Assembly (NCBI GenBank): GCA_031367385.1
Contig: JANLPS010000164.1
Coordinates: 1-19,017, forward strand
From: Archangium sp.
GTDB lineage: Bacteria; Myxococcota; Myxococcia; Myxococcales; Myxococcaceae
Direction of reading: 5' to 3'
Length of the DNA: 19,017 bases
Positions within the stretch are counted from its first letter, which is position 1. Every line of letters starts with the position of its first letter. The notes beneath the pieces were generated by a model. That model saw nothing but the letters and a program-made list of their open reading frames with translations. It was not told where the DNA came from and searched no databases. Of the stretch, positions 15,363 to 19,017 are shown one piece after another. A program made the position numbers and the translations under genes.

Positions 15363-16967
15363 ATGGACTTCGAGAGATACCAGAACCTGCACACGATCGT
15401 GATGTTGCGCGACGTGCTCCGCAAATGGTGGAGAGCAGAGCTGACCTTCGCCGACCGCAACGGCACCGTGTACGACTGGGCGAAGGGCCAAATCACGCCA
15501 CCGCCCAACGACTTTTGCCGCCTCGCGCTGTTCTCGAAAGAAGGGTTTCGCCGCTGCACGTCGTCGGTGCGCGTGCTCCACGAGAAGTTCAAGGCCAGCA
15601 AGAAGCTGCGCCGAAGCCAGTACCACGAGTGCCATTTGAGCTTCGCCATCATCGGCGCTCCGCTCTACGTCAACGGCGAGTACGAGGGCATGCTGTTCAT
15701 CGAGGGCTTCGCCCGCTTGCCGGTGACCCAGCGCGAAGGCGACCTGCTGAAGGTGAAGATCGCCGAGCTGAACCAGGGCACCACCGACCTCGATCGCGCG
15801 GTCGAGCGCGTACCGGTGATGATCGACGCCGAGCTCGAGCGGGTCTGCGATTTGCTCGAGTTCGGAGCCAACGAGATCGCCAACTACGAGAGCGACATGG
15901 CGAAGAAAGACGAGACGATTCAGACCCTCTCGTCAGAGCTCTCAGACAAGTACAAGTTCGAGAACATCATCGGCAAGTCGGGCCCGATGCTCGAGGTGTT
16001 TCGGCTGCTCGAGAAGGTCTGTAACTCCGACTCCACCGTGCTCGTCAACGGCGAGTCGGGCACCGGCAAAGAGCTCGTCGCCCGCGCGATTCACTACAAC
16101 GGCCCGCGCAAAGACAAACCGTTCGTCGTGCAGAACTGCTCCGCCTTCAACGACAACCTGCTCGAGAGCGCGCTGTTCGGCCACACCAAGGGCTCGTTCA
16201 CCGGCGCGCTGCGCGACAAGAAGGGCCTGTTCGAGGTCGCTGACGGCGGCACCTTCTTTCTCGACGAAGTCGGCGACATGTCGCCCGCGCTGCAGGTGAA
16301 GCTGCTGCGGGTGCTGCAAGAGGGCACCTTCACGCCGGTGGGTGGCACGGCGCCCAAGCAGGTCGATGTGCGGGTGATCGCGGCGACGCACAAAGACCTC
16401 AGTGAGATGGTCAAGAAGGGCGAGTTTCGCGAAGACCTCTTCTACCGAATCAACGTCATTCGGGTGCAGGTGCCGCCCCTGCGCGAGCGCAAAGACGACC
16501 TCGCCGTGCTGATCGACCACTTCATGCGCAAACACCGCCGCGAAGGGCAGAAGGCCAGGGCCCTCGGGGCCGACGCCACAAGCGTGCTCTCGGCCTACCA
16601 CTGGCCCGGCAACATTCGCGAATTAGAGAATGAAATCGAGCGGTTGCTCGTGCTCGGCGGCGACGTCGAGATCATCCCCGGTGACTTGATTTCGAGCAGA
16701 ATTCGCGACGGCGTCAACGGCGCGGTCGGTGCCTCGGTGATCGGCTCAGCCCGCATGTCGATGATGCCGATCGGCAAGCTCAACGACGCCGTCGAGCTGC
16801 TCGAGCGCGAGATGATTGCACAAGGCCTGCAACGCACGGCGGGCAACAAGAGCCGGCTATCACGTGAGCTGGGCATCAGCCGTTCGAACCTCATTTTGAA
16901 GATTCAGAAGTATGGTCTCGAGCGCCCAGGCGAAGAGCCTGGCGACGACCCGGAGATTCATGCGTGA
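15363..16967 (+). CDS. Sigma54-dependent enhancer-binding protein (NtrC/Fis family) with an N-terminal PocR-like sensor
   Basis: Walker A GESGTGKE, GSFTGA loop, Walker B FFLDEV, FREDLFYRINV, WPGNIREL, C-terminal Fis HTH. The N-terminus NDFC...C...HECHLSFAIIGAPLYVNGEYEG fits the PocR pattern. No receiver domain. Start taken at the ATG at 15363. Confidence 0.93.
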   Translation: MDFERYQNLHTIVMLRDVLRKWWRAELTFADRNGTVYDWAKGQITPPPNDFCRLALFSKEGFRRCTSSVRVLHEKFKASKKLRRSQYHECHLSFAIIGAPLYVNGEYEGMLFIEGFARLPVTQREGDLLKVKIAELNQGTTDLDRAVERVPVMIDAELERVCDLLEFGANEIANYESDMAKKDETIQTLSSELSDKYKFENIIGKSGPMLEVFRLLEKVCNSDSTVLVNGESGTGKELVARAIHYNGPRKDKPFVVQNCSAFNDNLLESALFGHTKGSFTGALRDKKGLFEVADGGTFFLDEVGDMSPALQVKLLRVLQEGTFTPVGGTAPKQVDVRVIAATHKDLSEMVKKGEFREDLFYRINVIRVQVPPLRERKDDLAVLIDHFMRKHRREGQKARALGADATSVLSAYHWPGNIRELENEIERLLVLGGDVEIIPGDLISSRIRDGVNGAVGASVIGSARMSMMPIGKLNDAVELLEREMIAQGLQRTAGNKSRLSRELGISRSNLILKIQKYGLERPGEEPGDDPEIHA

Positions 16968-17872
16968 GCTCGCACCAGCAGTCGACGTTCTTCACCGATG
17001 ACGGAGCTGCCCTTTGGTACGAAGTTCGGGGCACCGGCTCAAAGATGCCCGCGGTGTTGTGCGACGGCCTGGGCTGCGACGGCTTCATCTGGCGCTACTT
17101 GAACGAGCCGCTGAGCGCCGACCGCCGCGTTCTTCATTGGAACTACCGGGGCCATGGCAAGTCGGGCGTCGCCAACGACACCACCCGCATCGGCATCGAC
17201 TACATCTGCGACGACCTCGCCCGCTTGATGGACAAAGAGAAGCTCGAGAAGGGCGTGATCTTCGGCCACTCGATGGGCGTGCAGGTCGCGCTCGAGTTTC
17301 ATCGGCGCTTTCCTGATCGGGTCACCGGGCTGGTGCTGCTGTGCGGCTCGTACGGCACGCCGCTCGACACCTGGCATGACCATTCGCTGATGCGCTTGGG
17401 CTTTCCTTTGCTCAAGAAGATGGTCGAGGCGCAGCCCACCATCGCCAACGCCATCGTGCATGCCGCAGTGAGAACCGAGCTCGCGGTGACCCTCGGCATT
17501 CGCACCGAGCTCAACCCCAAGCTGATGAAGCGCATCGATTTCTACCCGTACATGGAGCACCTGGCGCGAATGCACCCGCTGTATTTCATTCGCACCCTCG
17601 ACTCGCTCAAAGACCACTCCGCGTGGGAGCACCTGCCCGAGGTCGACGTGCCCACGATGGTCGTTGGCGGCGAGATCGACCGCTTCACCCCGGTGTGGCT
17701 GAGCCAGCGCATGTCTGAATACATACCCGACGCGGAGTACTTGTATGTGCCCGGCGGCAGTCACACCGCGCCCCTCGAGCGCCCCGAGCTGATCAACGAC
17801 GCGATCGCGACCTTCTTGAAAAACCGGGTCAGCGCGAAAAAGAAGCTGCGTGCCGTGAAGTCAGCCCAGTGA
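16964..17872 (+). CDS. Alpha/beta hydrolase with Ser nucleophile
   Basis: GTGA overlap with the activator stop. WNYRGHGKS, GHSMG, VGGEIDRFTP (Asp), GGSHTAPLE (His). Confidence 0.9.
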   Translation: MSSHQQSTFFTDDGAALWYEVRGTGSKMPAVLCDGLGCDGFIWRYLNEPLSADRRVLHWNYRGHGKSGVANDTTRIGIDYICDDLARLMDKEKLEKGVIFGHSMGVQVALEFHRRFPDRVTGLVLLCGSYGTPLDTWHDHSLMRLGFPLLKKMVEAQPTIANAIVHAAVRTELAVTLGIRTELNPKLMKRIDFYPYMEHLARMHPLYFIRTLDSLKDHSAWEHLPEVDVPTMVVGGEIDRFTPVWLSQRMSEYIPDAEYLYVPGGSHTAPLERPELINDAIATFLKNRVSAKKKLRAVKSAQ

Positions 17873-18100
17873 CCTGAAGCCCGCGACCGCCGAGAGCAGC
17901 GCGAACGGCATGCCGCCCAGCGACCAGATGAGCCACCGGCGTCGCCACACCCGCGCCTCGGGGCTCAGCGTCTCGAGCGCTGGCAGCTTCAAGTCGAACA
18001 ACACCTCGACCCAGCGTTCTCGATTCACGGCTCTGGCGAACAGAATTCTCACGACCCACTGCCCGACGAACCACACCGCGAACACGGTGAACCAGGCCAT
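17861..18100 (-). CDS. Small 2-TM membrane protein
   Basis: ATG lies 3 bp after the upstream TAA. Two hydrophobic segments flank a short polar loop. Confidence 0.55.
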   Translation of the reverse strand: MAWFTVFAVWFVGQWVVRILFARAVNRERWVEVLFDLKLPALETLSPEARVWRRRWLIWSLGGMPFALLSAVAGFRSLG

Positions 18101-18103
18101 CGC

Positions 18104-18664
18104 TTAAGCGTGGGTCTCTCTGAGGCCGTCGAGCTCTTTGACCAGCGGCTCGCCGAACACGTGCAACAGCTCGGGCCGGGTCATCTCGTAGATGGTCGGG
18201 CCAGCGCCCTTGCACTGCAAGTCGTCGCGAATGTCACTGCTCGGCCGCAACACGCCCTTGTCCCAACACACGGGGAACATCCAACAGACCATCGGTTTGA
18301 TGTCGTGGTAGTCGCGGCCGGTCGCGAGCGCGAAGGTGTGAATGCCGCAGCCCCGATTCTTGCGATTGAGAAACACGCAGGCGCCGTCGGCCGTCTGGCT
18401 GCGAACGAACTTGCCCGTCGGGTACTCGGGGTCTTCGAAGACTTCGGTTTTGAACCACTGTTCCGGTGGGCTTGAAATGAAGGGCGCCAATTCAGCCTTC
18501 AACGCCAAAATCCGGTCGCGCTCGCCGATGTTCACGTCGCAGCCGTATTGGCAACAGGAGTCGTTGCAGAACGTGCACTGCATGCAGTGCGCGTAGTAAC
18601 GCAGCGAAAAGATGTCTGAATCGACCTGTTTCAGCGCGGGGACGGTTCGAAGCGGCAACAACAT
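18104..18664 (-). CDS. Cysteine-cluster protein (YkgJ/CxxCxxCC or DUF3109-like), putative Zn or Fe-S binding
   Basis: [33 protein letters not shown]; 11 Cys in 186 aa. GAGG upstream of the ATG. Confidence 0.8.
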   Translation of the reverse strand: MLLPLRTVPALKQVDSDIFSLRYYAHCMQCTFCNDSCCQYGCDVNIGERDRILALKAELAPFISSPPEQWFKTEVFEDPEYPTGKFVRSQTADGACVFLNRKNRGCGIHTFALATGRDYHDIKPMVCWMFPVCWDKGVLRPSSDIRDDLQCKGAGPTIYEMTRPELLHVFGEPLVKELDGLRETHA

Positions 18665-18757
18665 GCGAGGCCCTCTACCCTCTTCGCTAGGCTTACGTCA
18701 CGCATTGCGTCAGTAGGCTGTCTTTTATGTGCGAAGTCGCGTAGAGGCGGCCGCGTA

Positions 18758-19017
18758 ATGTTCCCCCGCGAAAAAATTCGAAACGTTGCCATCGTTGCTC
18801 ACGTCGACCACGGCAAGACCACTCTCGTTGATCACATGCTTCGTCAGGGCGGCGCTTTCCGCTCAAATGAGAACGTCGCCGAGCGCGTGATGGACTCGAA
18901 CGATCTCGAGCGCGAAAAAGGCATCACCATCATGGCCAAGAACACGGCCATCAACTGGCAGGGCCACTTCGTCAACATCGTCGACACCCCGGGCCACGCC
19001 GACTTCGGTGGCGAGGT
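18758..19017 (+). CDS. typA: Translational GTPase TypA/BipA, 5' part; runs off the window and is absent from the ORF track
   Basis: Manual translation: [86 protein letters not shown]. Confidence 0.97.
   Translation, partial: MFPREKIRNVAIVAHVDHGKTTLVDHMLRQGGAFRSNENVAERVMDSNDLEREKGITIMAKNTAINWQGHFVNIVDTPGHADFGGE

Noticed and set aside
18672..18747. Inverted GTAGAGG pair and ACGCA-T-TGCGT mini-palindrome between the Cys-cluster gene and typA
   Set aside because: Each GAGG lies 7-10 nt before an ATG and is explained as a ribosome-binding site; the 5-bp palindrome is too short to be significant.
1..19017. CRISPR arrays, tRNA/rRNA genes, IS elements, integrases or defence systems
   Set aside because: No regularly spaced DNA repeats, RNA-gene signatures or transposase/nuclease motifs were seen, and intergenic gaps are short.

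Overview
GC-rich bacterial DNA, very likely from a myxobacterium (Myxococcota). This is inferred from a MYXO-CTERM-type surface protein, DAG-repeat linkers and a sigma54 activator next to rsmD-coaD-aspC. The right part (~12.3-19.0 kb) looks like core genome: a secreted hypothetical, aspartate aminotransferase, coaD, rsmD, a PocR-sensor sigma54 activator coupled to an alpha/beta hydrolase, a Cys-cluster protein and the 5' end of typA. The left part (~1.2-12.3 kb) is an accessory patchwork. It holds an S9D-like peptidase (3' part), an orphan 2TM-HAMP protein, two back-to-back gene remnants (a frameshifted SAM methyltransferase and a degraded EAL domain), a linalool dehydratase/isomerase-fold protein that appears to lack the catalytic cysteines plus a coupled small membrane protein, a MarR/hydrolase divergon with twin palindromic operators, a Gly-rich lipoprotein, a SEC-C protein, a dikinase and a 14-repeat surface protein. 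The most intriguing element is the 7350-9599 dikinase: its phospho-His domain precedes the ATP-grasp domain, the order seen in plant glucan-water dikinases, and it has no PEP/pyruvate domain. No RNA genes, CRISPR arrays or mobile elements were recognised. All family calls are from recalled motifs; no searches were run.
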